64,000 nt of DNA from Crocosphaera sp. XPORK-15E (lineage in GTDB: Bacteria > Cyanobacteriota > Cyanobacteriia > Cyanobacteriales > Microcystaceae): NCBI RefSeq assembly GCF_034931425.1, contig NZ_JAYGHQ010000013.1, positions 31,473-95,472 of the forward strand. The letters run 5' to 3'. Made by a program: the position numbers and the translations under genes. Within the stretch, counting starts at the first letter, position 1; every line of letters starts with the position of its first letter. The notes beneath the pieces are model-generated. The model was not told where the DNA came from. It did no database searches and saw nothing but the letters and a program-made list of their open reading frames with translations. Shown one piece after another: positions 37,737-48,069 of this stretch.

Positions 37737-39311
37737 TTATGCTAAAGCTAACTGTTTTTTCTTGTCTTCAATAGGTGCAGATAAAGCATCTTCTAAGTCT
37801 GCTTTTCCTAATCTTTGTTCTAGGATTTTCATCACTTCTCGTCCAAAATCATTGGGGTTTTGTTGCCATGCTTGTAAGCAAACTTCCCCAAAAAATGATC
37901 CCAAGGGTTCAGGGTTCCATAATAGTTTTTTCGCTGTCCAAGGCATTATACTCATGGGGTTATATCCTGGTTTAAGGATATTATGTTCAAAAGCATATTG
38001 CTCTAAATGGGTATGAGGTTGTAACCCAATGAAAAAGATGGCGGGTTCAACTTTATCTACTCCAAAAATTTTCTCTAATTCTCGATGATAAGTAATCGTT
38101 TGACGAATGGTGTCAAAGGTTTCATCAATGACATTAAAGGAATAATTGACGGAGACTAAATCATTAAACCCTGCCGCTTTTAAGTCCCGACAATTTTGTA
38201 AAACAGTGCGTAAATTGTAACCCATTCTCATTTTACGGACTAATTCTTGTGAGCCGCTAGTAATACCAATCTCAAAATAATTCATCCCCGTTTTTGCCAT
38301 CAAATCACACAATTTTGGGTTTAAATTATCGGCCCGAATATAAGCAGCCCAATGAACATCTGTCATGCCAGACTCAAGGATTTTTTCTAATAATTCCTCC
38401 GCATCTTTCATATAGAGACGGGCAGGAATAAATTGAGCATCCGTAAACCAAAAATTACGAATTCCTCGGTCATAAAGTTGCTGCATTTCCTTAACAACTT
38501 CATCAGCAGGGTTAATCCTAACTTGTTTCCCCTCAACAACAGTATAAACACAATAACAACAATTATGAGGACAACCGCGTTTAGTTTGTACCCCAATATA
38601 AAAATCATTTTCTTGGAAATAATAACTAAATTCCGGCCAAATGGTTTCGATATAATCGTAGTTACAAGCCGTCTTTTCTAAAGGGGTTGGGGCTTCATGA
38701 ATTAGCCGATTACGAGGTTCATTTTCCCCGACAACATAACATCTTTCATTAGAAAAATCTTGATCCCGCAAGAATTTCTCTAGTAAAGTTTCTCCCTCTC
38801 CTACTGATACAATAGTCCCTGAAGGTAGCTGAGTTTTTAACTGTTCATAAAACACACTCACAGCCCCACCACCAACCACTAAACGGGCCTCTGGATGATA
38901 TTTTTTCGCCCTAGTTAAACCCCGACGAATTAGCCCTAAATTACGCCACAACTCACTATAATAGGCTGTTGTTACCTTTAACCCCCCTAACGCCCCTCTG
39001 AGACGAATTAAGGGGTTATGGGCGTAATAAAATTCAAAGGCATTTTGTAAGGGGTTGCCTCCCCGTCCCCCCACTGGGGCATAAATTTGAATATCTCGCC
39101 AAGAAAAAACGAGTAAGGTGGGCTTAAACTCATCAATACAATTATCTAAAGCTTTTTTGAAGTCTAAGGGGGGAACTGCCCCCAAATCAAAGATTTTCTG
39201 TTCAATATCGGGAAATAACTTATGAACATGATCCGAGAGATAAACAACACCAATGGGGAAAATGGGGTTACAGGGAAGGCGGCAGTAGAGAATGCGCTGT
39301 GCTGTGGTCAT
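37737..39311 (-). CDS. B12-binding-domain radical SAM protein (BchE-like)
   Basis: 524 aa with an N-terminal cobalamin-binding-like domain and a CPHNCCYC radical-SAM cluster motif. Confidence 0.8.
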   Translation of the reverse strand: MTTAQRILYCRLPCNPIFPIGVVYLSDHVHKLFPDIEQKIFDLGAVPPLDFKKALDNCIDEFKPTLLVFSWRDIQIYAPVGGRGGNPLQNAFEFYYAHNPLIRLRGALGGLKVTTAYYSELWRNLGLIRRGLTRAKKYHPEARLVVGGGAVSVFYEQLKTQLPSGTIVSVGEGETLLEKFLRDQDFSNERCYVVGENEPRNRLIHEAPTPLEKTACNYDYIETIWPEFSYYFQENDFYIGVQTKRGCPHNCCYCVYTVVEGKQVRINPADEVVKEMQQLYDRGIRNFWFTDAQFIPARLYMKDAEELLEKILESGMTDVHWAAYIRADNLNPKLCDLMAKTGMNYFEIGITSGSQELVRKMRMGYNLRTVLQNCRDLKAAGFNDLVSVNYSFNVIDETFDTIRQTITYHRELEKIFGVDKVEPAIFFIGLQPHTHLEQYAFEHNILKPGYNPMSIMPWTAKKLLWNPEPLGSFFGEVCLQAWQQNPNDFGREVMKILEQRLGKADLEDALSAPIEDKKKQLALA

Positions 39312-39695
39312 GGTTGTCTTAAAAGTGTGATGGGCCAGATGGTCTTCTCAACAGGCGATCGCTTTTAGCTCTGTTACAATCCTATTGAGCGATCCCCGCT
39401 TTGGTAAACTTATTTTTCGCCTCTCAGTTACCAGAGGATTTGTAATATATCTTAACTTTAACGATATTTTAACGGACTAGCAAGGGAATAACTGGACACT
39501 GACGGGCTTGCTAGGCATTTTCGGGTAAACTTTTTTATTATTTGATTTTCTGCACATTATACAATACTACTGCAGTAGTATGCCATATTTTGCAAGAAAA
39601 ATATTGAATGTAATATTGATTACAACTAACGGGGATCACGGAGTGTTAGTGTAAAGAGGAAATGAACAATCAGAACTCACATTGCCTCAATTACT

Positions 39696-40079
39696 ATGGC
39701 TCAGATCCTTGATCCCATTCCAACTGGGCAAAGGAACTCACTCCTTTGCTGTTATGTAAACGCAACGAATCAGATTCAAGTTGTTCGGATTACCAATCTT
39801 CCTAAGTGGTATTTTGAGCGTGTTGTTTTTCCTGGACAACGGCTTGTGTTTGAAACTTTACCGAAAGCACAATTAGAAATTCATACGGGAATGATGGCGA
39901 GTGCTATTCTTTCCGATACTATTCCTTGTGAACGCCTTTGTATAAACGATAGGGGTGAGGAAGAAATGGAAGAAGAAATGATTACCGTTCCTGTCCCCAC
40001 TGATAAAAAACAAACCTTACAACCGAGTGACACATTCACTCATTACAAAGTTTCTACTTTAAAAGCTGCATTAGTTTAG
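39696..40079 (+). CDS. DUF1830-family protein
   Basis: 127 aa with YFERVVFPGQRL as the family signature. Confidence 0.7.
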   Translation: MAQILDPIPTGQRNSLLCCYVNATNQIQVVRITNLPKWYFERVVFPGQRLVFETLPKAQLEIHTGMMASAILSDTIPCERLCINDRGEEEMEEEMITVPVPTDKKQTLQPSDTFTHYKVSTLKAALV

Positions 40080-40223
40080 AAAGTCGCATAACGACAATCA
40101 ATAATTGACAAAATCTAGCTGAGGTTGCCCCATAAGGGGCAATTTTTTTTGGCAAGGTAATTAAGAGGCAACACTTGGACTTACTTTGACTTCGCTAACA
40201 TACAATAAGATTAATACATCATT

Positions 40224-40676
40224 TTGCGACTATTAACTATGAATTTACCTTCTTTTTTATGGCTTTGGAAAATTGCAGCTTGGTCAATGGGTTTATCTTT
40301 ATTTGCATACTTTTTATTAGGAATATCGGGAGGATGGATGTTTTATCAGCGAAATACTCAAGCTTCTCCTCCTTTGTGGTTGCGCCCTGTTCATTATATA
40401 ATTGGGGCTATTCTGGTTATGTTAGTGTTATTATTATTAGTAATTGGCTTAGTTGGGACATTAGGCCATTATGGTAGTTTAGGCCATTCTTATCATTTAA
40501 TTGCTGGCTTAGTAACCGTTATTTTAGTCTTAATTTCTGCTACAGCAGCCACCCAAATTAGTCCAGAACGTCCTAGAATGAGGATGCTACATATTGGCAC
40601 TAATATTATTTTATTTATCAGCTTTGCTTTAGTTAGTTTATCAGGTTGGTCTGTGGTTCAGAAATATTTACCTTAA
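40224..40676 (+). CDS. Multi-TM membrane protein (DUF4079-like)
   Basis: 150 aa with about four hydrophobic helices. The start may instead be the MNLP at 40239. Confidence 0.55.
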   Translation: MRLLTMNLPSFLWLWKIAAWSMGLSLFAYFLLGISGGWMFYQRNTQASPPLWLRPVHYIIGAILVMLVLLLLVIGLVGTLGHYGSLGHSYHLIAGLVTVILVLISATAATQISPERPRMRMLHIGTNIILFISFALVSLSGWSVVQKYLP

Positions 40677-40978
40677 AGTTGAAGGTTAAGACTGTTATAA
40701 ATATTAATTAATAAAAGTTTGAGGTAAGTTAAACTGTTTTAAAATTTCGGTTCTACCGAACTTATTATGTAAATTCTTAAAATAATAACTTACTTTTTTT
40801 AGTAAAAAGAAAATAGAATAAGAAACAAGATCCTTACAAGGCTTGCTTTTAGAGACATTTAATGGTTAAATAAATATTGAAAGAAAAGTGATATTTCAAG
40901 TTAACTTACACTCATGCCATCAAATTCTCAACTAAACTTAATGACAAATGTCCTTCAATTAGAAGGAGTTATCGTTAT

Positions 40979-41020
40979 CAATGGACAATGGACAATTAAC
41001 CAATTGTCCATTGTCCATTG
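40979..41020. repeat. Perfect 19-bp-stem hairpin CAATGGACAATGGACAATT-AACC-AATTGTCCATTGTCCATTG, which contains a tandem ATGGACA repeat
   Basis: The inverted repeat is visible directly. It sits at the edge of a GC-rich non-coding block. Confidence 0.6.
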
Positions 41021-41470
41021 GTGACATCCTCCCACGCACGACCTAATCTTCGTGCGGGGAACCTCCCTAACTCACGATAGGGCATTCCTGGTTATTCCCG
41101 TTTACACGAGGTTTCGCCACTTATCTAGAACACATTGGTACAAGCGATGAGTACATCTCCCACTGTTGGTTCCCCGACAGAACGACTAATCAGGCGTTTT
41201 CGTTTCCCAGAGTCCCTGGGTAGTTTGTCTGATTTCTACAATTTTTTTTCGTATTTCCCAAGTTCGGTCGGCCCCGTCTTGCGACTGTCTTTCACTCTCA
41301 TCTTGGATGGATACATTCCAACTTCGGCTCAATTGGTGGTTTTTACCTTACGGCCACTTCTACCTTATCACAAAAACCCTGCCCTGGCTTTCCCACCGCA
41401 GGTGCGCGTAGCGACCCCTCGATTTTCGTTCCGAATAGCGGGGATTTCTCGCTCCCGAACTCGTTAAAAT
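41021..41470. other. GC-rich ~450-bp block with no coherent reading frame; candidate structured ncRNA or decayed element
   Basis: All six frames look non-protein-like. The only ORF (41135-41467) is P/S/R-rich low-complexity. The base composition differs from the flanks. Confidence 0.3.
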
Positions 41471-41499
41471 AAAAATAATTACACTTATCATTAATCTCA

Positions 41500-42537
41500 A
41501 TGCCACTCACTCAAGAAACCTTATTAGGAAAATCTGTAGACGAATTAACCACCTGGGTAAAACAACAGGGACAACCCGCATATCGAGGCAAACAACTCCA
41601 TCAATGGTTGTACGAAAAAGGAGCGCGATCGCTGACAGAAATCTCTGTTTTCCCCAAAACTTGGCGGGAAGAATTAAGTGATTATCCCATCGGACGATCA
41701 AAAATTGTTCACCGAACCATTGCCCCTGATGGTACAAGGAAATACCTCTTAAGTTTAGCAGATGGTTTAATCATTGAAGCTGTTGGCATTCCCACATCAA
41801 AACGGTTGACGGTTTGTGTGTCTTCCCAAGTCGGTTGTCCGATGAATTGTGATTTTTGTGCTACAGGAAAAGGGGGTTATGAACGCAATTTAACCTGTGC
41901 TGAAATCGTTGATCAAGTATTAACTGTTCAAGAAGACTTTCAACAAAGAGTAAGTCATGTTGTTTTTATGGGAATGGGAGAACCTTTATTAAACATCAAA
42001 GAAGTGGTAAAAGCCGTTAAAATTATTAATCAAGATGTAGGAATTGGCCAGCGATCGCTTACTATTTCTACGGTAGGTATTCCTCAAAAAATCTTACAAC
42101 TTGCTCATTATCAATTACAAATAACTTTTGCTGTGAGTCTTCATGCTTCTAACCAAGCTTTACGGGAACAATTAATTCCTGGTGCTAAACATTACACCCT
42201 CGGAAAATTGTTAGCAGACTGTCGAAAATATGTTGATATTACAGGGCGACGGGTAACATTTGAATATGTTTTATTAGGGGGTGTAAATGATTTACCAGAA
42301 CACGCCATTGAATTAGCAAATCACCTCAAAGGGTTTCAAAGTCATGTGAATTTAATTCCCTATAACCCCATTGCAGAAGCTGACTATCAACGCCCAGATG
42401 AACACAGTATTCAAAAGTTTATGCAACTCTTACAAGAGCGTAGAATTGCCGCTAGTGTTCGTTATTCGAGGGGTTTAGAAGCGGATGCTGCTTGTGGACA
42501 ATTACGCACATCTCGTCATGAAGTTGGAAGCGTATAA
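41500..42537 (+). CDS. rlmN: 23S rRNA (A2503-C2) / tRNA methyltransferase, radical SAM
   Basis: 345 aa with the [11 protein letters not shown] motif and an RlmN N-terminus. Confidence 0.9.
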   Translation: MPLTQETLLGKSVDELTTWVKQQGQPAYRGKQLHQWLYEKGARSLTEISVFPKTWREELSDYPIGRSKIVHRTIAPDGTRKYLLSLADGLIIEAVGIPTSKRLTVCVSSQVGCPMNCDFCATGKGGYERNLTCAEIVDQVLTVQEDFQQRVSHVVFMGMGEPLLNIKEVVKAVKIINQDVGIGQRSLTISTVGIPQKILQLAHYQLQITFAVSLHASNQALREQLIPGAKHYTLGKLLADCRKYVDITGRRVTFEYVLLGGVNDLPEHAIELANHLKGFQSHVNLIPYNPIAEADYQRPDEHSIQKFMQLLQERRIAASVRYSRGLEADAACGQLRTSRHEVGSV

Positions 42538-42546
42538 ATTATGTGG

Positions 42547-42567
42547 GGTCGAACAGTCTTCGACCCT
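42547..42567 (+). terminator. Hairpin GGGTCGAA-CAGTC-TTCGACCC 10 nt after the rlmN stop
   Basis: The stem is a perfect 8 bp, but no U-tract follows. Confidence 0.3.
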
Positions 42568-42847
42568 AAAGAACTCAGATCAAGTATTTTGAATTCTCAT
42601 GATATGATTATATATCATATTTAATTAATCAAAGAAACTATGCAAATAAAAGAAATTAAAGAATCATTCAAGCAGAGTTTATTAGAAATACGACGCAAAC
42701 GACTAGAAGGAAGACCCACAATTTCAGAATCGGAAGTTTATAAAAGGTATGGAATTGAAAAGTAAATGAGCTATTCTGTAAAGTTTGAGCTAGATTTGAC
42801 TGATGAAGAAAAGCAAAAGTTACTCCCTCAAGAAATTCTCACTAATA

Positions 42848-43399
42848 TTAGGAAAAAATAGCTAATTCAAGATGTTTTAAAGCAGTTTCTAAGTCATCAT
42901 TAACAATAGTTTTATCAAATTCTTGACTTGCTTCTAACTCCTGTTTGGCCCTGTCAAGACGACGCATCATAGCCGCTTCTGAGTCTGTTCCTCGACCCCT
43001 CAGACGACGTTCTAATTCAGCAAAAGAAGGGGGAAGAATAAAAATTCTCAAAGCATCAGGAAATGTTTGTTTAATGGCTTTAGCACCGATAACTTCTATT
43101 TCTAAAAGCACGGTGTTTCCAAGGTTGATTTGTGCTTCAACCTTGGCGCGGGGTGTTCCGTAATAATTGCCCGCATATTCAGCCCATTCGAGTAATTCAT
43201 TTTGCTGAATCATTTTGTCAAAATCGGCACGAGGGAGGAAATAATAATCTTTCCCCTCCACTTCTCCAGAACGAGGAGAACGAGTAGTTGCAGAGACAGA
43301 CAAATATAAGTCAGGGTGACGCGCTAATAAAGCGCGAACCAGCGTCCCTTTACCCACACCACTCGGCCCAGTTAATACAATAAGCTTTCCTGATGCCAT
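42848..43399 (-). CDS. gmk: Guanylate kinase
   Basis: 183 aa with [10 protein letters not shown] and the Gmk core. Confidence 0.9.
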   Translation of the reverse strand: MASGKLIVLTGPSGVGKGTLVRALLARHPDLYLSVSATTRSPRSGEVEGKDYYFLPRADFDKMIQQNELLEWAEYAGNYYGTPRAKVEAQINLGNTVLLEIEVIGAKAIKQTFPDALRIFILPPSFAELERRLRGRGTDSEAAMMRRLDRAKQELEASQEFDKTIVNDDLETALKHLELAIFS

Positions 43400-43430
43400 G
43401 AGATTAGATTATTAAGTGAATCAGTAAATT

Positions 43431-43700
43431 TTAGTTACTATTAGCAATGGCTTCCTTACTAACCACAAAACGATGGGCCACTGTTTCTGGTTGGATGGCT
43501 GATAAAACGACATGACTTGAATCTGTAATAATAACAGCACGGGTACGACGACCATAGGTGGCATCCACCAGTTGACCCCGTTCGCGGGCATCGCTGATAA
43601 TCCGTTTAATTGGGGCTGATTCTGGGCTAACAATCGCAATGACCCGATTCGCAGACACAATATTACCAAACCCAATGTTGATGAGTTGTATGCTTTCCAT
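43431..43700 (-). CDS. remA: RemA/DUF370-family regulator
   Basis: 89 aa. It matches [30 protein letters not shown]...[29 protein letters not shown], and it sits in the conserved position upstream of gmk. Confidence 0.8.
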   Translation of the reverse strand: MESIQLINIGFGNIVSANRVIAIVSPESAPIKRIISDARERGQLVDATYGRRTRAVIITDSSHVVLSAIQPETVAHRFVVSKEAIANSN

Positions 43701-43942
43701 AGTGATTAACGGCTATGCCGTATGAGAAGTAATTAACTAGGTACCATTCCTATGATATCGCTTAAAATCAAGACTTACAACGTTAAAACTTATATAACTT
43801 TCTATTTTTTAGTTTCTTTTCAGCTTTTTATCATACTTCTTCCACAATTGTCTAAACTTGTCCATACCCGCCCCTATGGTTCAGGAATTCTGTCGGGGCA
43901 AATCCCCTGGTGTGGAACTATCTTGGCTATTTTAACCCTTTC

Positions 43943-45076
43943 TTAGAGCAATTGGGCTAATTTCTGAGACAAAGCCCCCGGACTAAATTGGTCTAAAGCC
44001 TCTTGTCGTAACCATTCCCCCTGACACCTTTGATCATTTCCTTGCAGAATTTCCAGACATCCTTGGGCAACCGCATCAGGATTACGGTGAGGTACTCGCC
44101 AGCCTAACTTTCCATCCTGTAGAGGATCGGCTGAACCGTCAGCATCTCCTGACAAAACGGGAATCCCACAGGCCATGGCTTCGAGATAAACAATGCCAAA
44201 TCCCTCTTGTGAGGGCATGATATAGGCATCCGCAAGCCGATAATGGTTAACTAGGTCTTCGGTAGGGACAAACCCCGCAAAAACCACGCGATCGCTGACA
44301 CCTAGATCTTTGGTCAACTGTTCTAAGCGAGGGAGATCATCCCCTCGGCCAATTACCAGATACTTAATGTTAGGAAAAGATTGTAAAATTTTCGGTAATG
44401 CCCTGATAGTAACGTCAACTCCTTTATAAATATCCCCTGACCATAATCGCGCCACTGTCATTAGTGTTTTAGCATCTTTTAGGTCATATTTTTCTAATAA
44501 ATCAATCGGTTTTTTCCCTGGTGTAAATTGATTTCCATCAACAATACAAGGCAAAATCTCAACCGTTTTGGGATCAATATTATTCCCTTGGCATAAACAA
44601 TCTCGACTATAGCGACTAATTGTCCAAATTGCCGCAGCATTTTTGAGGGCTTTTTGTTGTTGTGGAGGTAAAGGTTTCCAGACTTCTTTGCCATAGGTTA
44701 AAACTGTATAGGGAATAGCCAAGGGTTGGCAAAAGAATTGAATTAGTGGGGCTAAATTTATATGACCACAAAAAACTTTTTTCGGACGTTTCTGAATTAA
44801 ATGAGTCAGTAAAGTATAGGCGAGTTTTAACCTTCCTTTCCAGGGAGGCATAGTTTTGAGATAGTGAAAGTTAATTAATTCAGTGTCAAAAGGATTATGA
44901 CAGTCTGGGGAATCTCTTAATAAGAATATATCAGTTTTTGGAGGATTGGGTAATTGCTCAATTAAAGACAAGTAAGCTTGTAGGACATCTTTAACATAAG
45001 CTTGTATTCCCCCTTCTTGGGAGAAGATTTCTAAGAAAACAAAAGTGTAATGATCAGGATTAGACATTTTCAACAT
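43943..45076 (-). CDS. Glycosyltransferase family 4 (GT-B fold)
   Basis: 377 aa with the C-terminal EGFGIVYLEAMACGIPV motif. Confidence 0.8.
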   Translation of the reverse strand: MLKMSNPDHYTFVFLEIFSQEGGIQAYVKDVLQAYLSLIEQLPNPPKTDIFLLRDSPDCHNPFDTELINFHYLKTMPPWKGRLKLAYTLLTHLIQKRPKKVFCGHINLAPLIQFFCQPLAIPYTVLTYGKEVWKPLPPQQQKALKNAAAIWTISRYSRDCLCQGNNIDPKTVEILPCIVDGNQFTPGKKPIDLLEKYDLKDAKTLMTVARLWSGDIYKGVDVTIRALPKILQSFPNIKYLVIGRGDDLPRLEQLTKDLGVSDRVVFAGFVPTEDLVNHYRLADAYIMPSQEGFGIVYLEAMACGIPVLSGDADGSADPLQDGKLGWRVPHRNPDAVAQGCLEILQGNDQRCQGEWLRQEALDQFSPGALSQKLAQLL

Positions 45077-45087
45077 TTAAAAAAAGT

Positions 45088-46209
45088 TTAAAAAATTTCA
45101 TTGATAACTAAATTATCTCGATGAATAATAGTTTCTGCTCCACTATACCCTAATAATTGCGGGATTTTATCAGAATGATTTCCTTTGATTTTATCAATTT
45201 CTTCACTATTATAATTGACAATGCCTCTCGCAATTTCTTGACCTGTTTCATTACATAATTCTACAGAGTCTGAGGCTTCAAATTCTCCTTCTACTTTGAG
45301 AATTCCGGCAGCTAGTAAAGACTTACCTCCTTGACAAATAGCGCGAACTGCTCCTTTATCTAAGTATAGTTTTCCTGTGGGCAAAAGTCCATAGGCGATC
45401 CAACGTTTACGAGCATTATCATGTTTAAGTTGGGGTTCAAACTGAGTGCCAATATTTTCCCCTTGGATAATTTTAAGCAGATTTTCGGGGTATTTTCCAT
45501 GAGTAATAACCGTCCTTACTCCTGCTCCTGTAGCAATGCGGGCCGCTGTTAATTTGGTTGACATTCCCCCCGTTCCCCATTGTGACCCTTTATCTCCTGC
45601 TTTTACCTGTAATTGAGCAAATTCGCTACTATTCACCAGGTTAATAGGTTTAGCATCAGCAACTACACGGGGATCAGCAGAATAAAGTCGATCTACATCA
45701 GTTAATAAGAATAACCAATCAGCTTTAATTAAACTAGCAACCAAAGCAGAAAGGGTATCATTATCCCCAAATTTTAACTCCTCAATTGCCACTGTATCAT
45801 TTTCATTAACAATGGGAATTACCCCTAATTCTAAGAGAGCTTCAAAGGTGTTTTTAACATTAACATAACAGTTACGGTCTATTAATTCTCGTCTGGTTAA
45901 TAAAACTTGGGCAATGGGTTGTCCTAGGGTACTAAAAAGGTCATCATAGACTCGAATTAAACGTCCTTGGCCCACAGCAGCAACCGCTTGTTTAACGGCG
46001 ATTTTTTTGGGACGTTCTTTTAAATTTAAACGGCCACAACCAACCCCAACGGCCCCTGATGAAACTAAGACCAAATGATAGCCTAATTGTCGTAATTCGG
46101 TTAAGGTTTCTACTAGAGATGCAATGGTTGATAAGGCTAATTTTCCTGTCTCTGGTTGAGTCAAGCTAGAGGTGCCAATTTTAACGACAAGGGTGAGTTT
46201 ATTATTCAT
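45088..46209 (-). CDS. proB: Glutamate 5-kinase with a C-terminal PUA domain
   Basis: 373 aa with [11 protein letters not shown]..., VSSGAVGVG and a PUA tail. Confidence 0.9.
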   Translation of the reverse strand: MNNKLTLVVKIGTSSLTQPETGKLALSTIASLVETLTELRQLGYHLVLVSSGAVGVGCGRLNLKERPKKIAVKQAVAAVGQGRLIRVYDDLFSTLGQPIAQVLLTRRELIDRNCYVNVKNTFEALLELGVIPIVNENDTVAIEELKFGDNDTLSALVASLIKADWLFLLTDVDRLYSADPRVVADAKPINLVNSSEFAQLQVKAGDKGSQWGTGGMSTKLTAARIATGAGVRTVITHGKYPENLLKIIQGENIGTQFEPQLKHDNARKRWIAYGLLPTGKLYLDKGAVRAICQGGKSLLAAGILKVEGEFEASDSVELCNETGQEIARGIVNYNSEEIDKIKGNHSDKIPQLLGYSGAETIIHRDNLVINEIF

Positions 46210-46253
46210 ATATTCGACAAAAAGTCAATAATAAAAAGGGTTTTAGATTATCA

Positions 46254-47297
46254 TTACTCTGCTGCCCGTAAAGTAGCCCCAATTAGGCCAATATCAGGAT
46301 TTAAGATAATATGAACAGGTATTTGATTCAAGAGGGAACTCATTCGGCCTTTAGATTGAAAAGCTTGCATAAAGTCTCCATTTTTCATCAATGGTAATAT
46401 TTTAGCAGCAATTCCCCCTGCTACATATAGCCCCCCGTAGGGTAATAATTTTAAGGCCAAATTACCTGCTTCTGCTCCATAAGCTTCAATAAATATTTTC
46501 ATTGCTTGTTGACATAAAAAATCATCTTTTTCTAGGGCCGCTTTGGCAACTTCAGCAGAAAGATCAAGACTTTTTTCCTTTTCCCAAGTTTGATATATCT
46601 GTTTTAATATATGTGATTCTTGTTCAGGGTTTTTATGGCGTAAAAATTGATAAATTGCCGTAATTCCCAAACCAGAAACAACCCGTTCTACTGATACCCT
46701 GGACAATTGATATTTGTCTTGAATATAGGTTAATAATTCAAATTCTAAGGGAGTACGAGGTGCAAAATCTGCATGGGAACCTTCTGAGGAAAATACACCA
46801 TATTTTCCGGTGGGTAAAGGAATAAGAAAACCTTCCCCTAAACCTGTTCCTGCACCTAAAACAGCGATAGGATATTTGGGGTTTGGTGTAACATCTTGTA
46901 GGGTATATAAATCATCTTTGGTCAACCCTAAAATACCATAACCAATGGCAGCAAAATCATTGATTAAACTTACTTGATTTAAAGACAGTTCTTTTTGTAA
47001 GCGATCGCTACTTAATGACCAACTTAAATTGGTTAATTCTGAAGTATTATTTACCACTGGCCCCGCAATACCAAAACAAGCACTTTTAACAGCTATTTCT
47101 TGATTTAACTGTGACTTAGCTTCGGCATAAAATTGTTGAACAATAGGAACAATATCGCTAAATTTTTGACTCTGATAAACTTGTTGATATAAAGTAATTA
47201 GCTGCGGTAATTTATCCCCCTTACTTAATATTTCTACATTGACAAGGCGTAAAATTGTTTTAGTTCCGCCGATATCTCCTGCTAGGATCATGGTCAT
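46254..47297 (-). CDS. glk: Glucokinase
   Basis: 347 aa. The N-terminus ILAGDIGGTKT and its length fit the Glk family. Confidence 0.8.
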   Translation of the reverse strand: MTMILAGDIGGTKTILRLVNVEILSKGDKLPQLITLYQQVYQSQKFSDIVPIVQQFYAEAKSQLNQEIAVKSACFGIAGPVVNNTSELTNLSWSLSSDRLQKELSLNQVSLINDFAAIGYGILGLTKDDLYTLQDVTPNPKYPIAVLGAGTGLGEGFLIPLPTGKYGVFSSEGSHADFAPRTPLEFELLTYIQDKYQLSRVSVERVVSGLGITAIYQFLRHKNPEQESHILKQIYQTWEKEKSLDLSAEVAKAALEKDDFLCQQAMKIFIEAYGAEAGNLALKLLPYGGLYVAGGIAAKILPLMKNGDFMQAFQSKGRMSSLLNQIPVHIILNPDIGLIGATLRAAE

Positions 47298-47446
47298 GAT
47301 TGGTTTTACTCCTTATCTCATATTATCTAGTATGATCAAATTAGCATTTTTGGGTAAAATGATCCATATCTATTTTATAGGTATCATAAAATTCAACTAG
47401 AGCAACCTCAATATTATAATCAATTAATAATTGACAGTTTCATGAT

Positions 47447-47848
47447 TCATAATTTCTTTGCTTGATTAATCCAGGTTTGAATAATATCAGGAGACGGACA
47501 TAAATCTTTGCGTTGTAAAGTCGCAACTTGTAGTTTAAGAATTTGTCTATGTAAGGAAGAAACTGGGGTTTCTGCTAACTGCTTGGTTGAGATGATACCT
47601 GAATGTAAAATAAGTCCACAATAATTGCATCCAATACTGGGAACCCTTGCTAAATCCGCTAATGCTACCCATTTACTAATTAATTTTAGTGGAGATTTTA
47701 ATTGATTAGCTAAGGCTTGTTTTTCCGTTGGGTTTTTGGCATGATTAAGTAAAGATTGAGTCGTGTTAATTCCTAATGCTTTTAATTGTTCCTGCGCTAT
47801 CTTACTTAATCCTGGTAACTGTTCAATATTCCAATAAGAAGGTTTCAT
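47447..47848 (-). CDS. DUF4332-family protein
   Basis: 133 aa with the N-terminal W-I-LPG...LGI pattern. Confidence 0.55.
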   Translation of the reverse strand: MKPSYWNIEQLPGLSKIAQEQLKALGINTTQSLLNHAKNPTEKQALANQLKSPLKLISKWVALADLARVPSIGCNYCGLILHSGIISTKQLAETPVSSLHRQILKLQVATLQRKDLCPSPDIIQTWINQAKKL

Positions 47849-48069
47849 ATAAGGTTAATTAGCTCGTAAAAACGGTAAACTTAGATTTTGCCCCTAGCTT
47901 GAAAACCCTGATTTTTTACCTAATAGTAACGAAGTCATGCTTATTTTTAGTCTCTAAAAATCGGGGTTTTGTGATTTTCAAATCATGGTGCAAGATCTCA
48001 GCAAATAAATATGAGAAATGCTATACACTAATTCTGACCAATGAACTATGATAACGGCAGAAGTAATGT

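Noticed and set aside
35970-38681. Track ORFs 35970-36164, 37762-38016, 37775-37975, 38408-38608 and 38433-38681
   Set aside because: They overlap the radical SAM gene or intergenic sequence and have no coding features.
41021-41470. RNase P RNA, SRP RNA, cobalamin riboswitch, or group II intron domain V upstream of rlmN
   Set aside because: None of the remembered consensus blocks are present on either strand, so I keep it only as an unexplained GC-rich non-coding block.
40259-41737. Track ORFs 40259-40477, 41135-41467 and 41507-41737
   Set aside because: The first and third are shadows of the DUF4079-like and rlmN genes. The second (41135-41467) is a P/S/R-rich frame through the GC-rich non-coding block and is not protein-like.
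42945-44694. Track ORFs 42945-43163, 43421-43675, 43752-43946 and 44494-44694
   Set aside because: The 43421-43675 frame is an alternative frame of remA; the RemA frame at 43431-43700 matches the family. The others are shadows inside gmk or the GT4 gene, or small intergenic frames.
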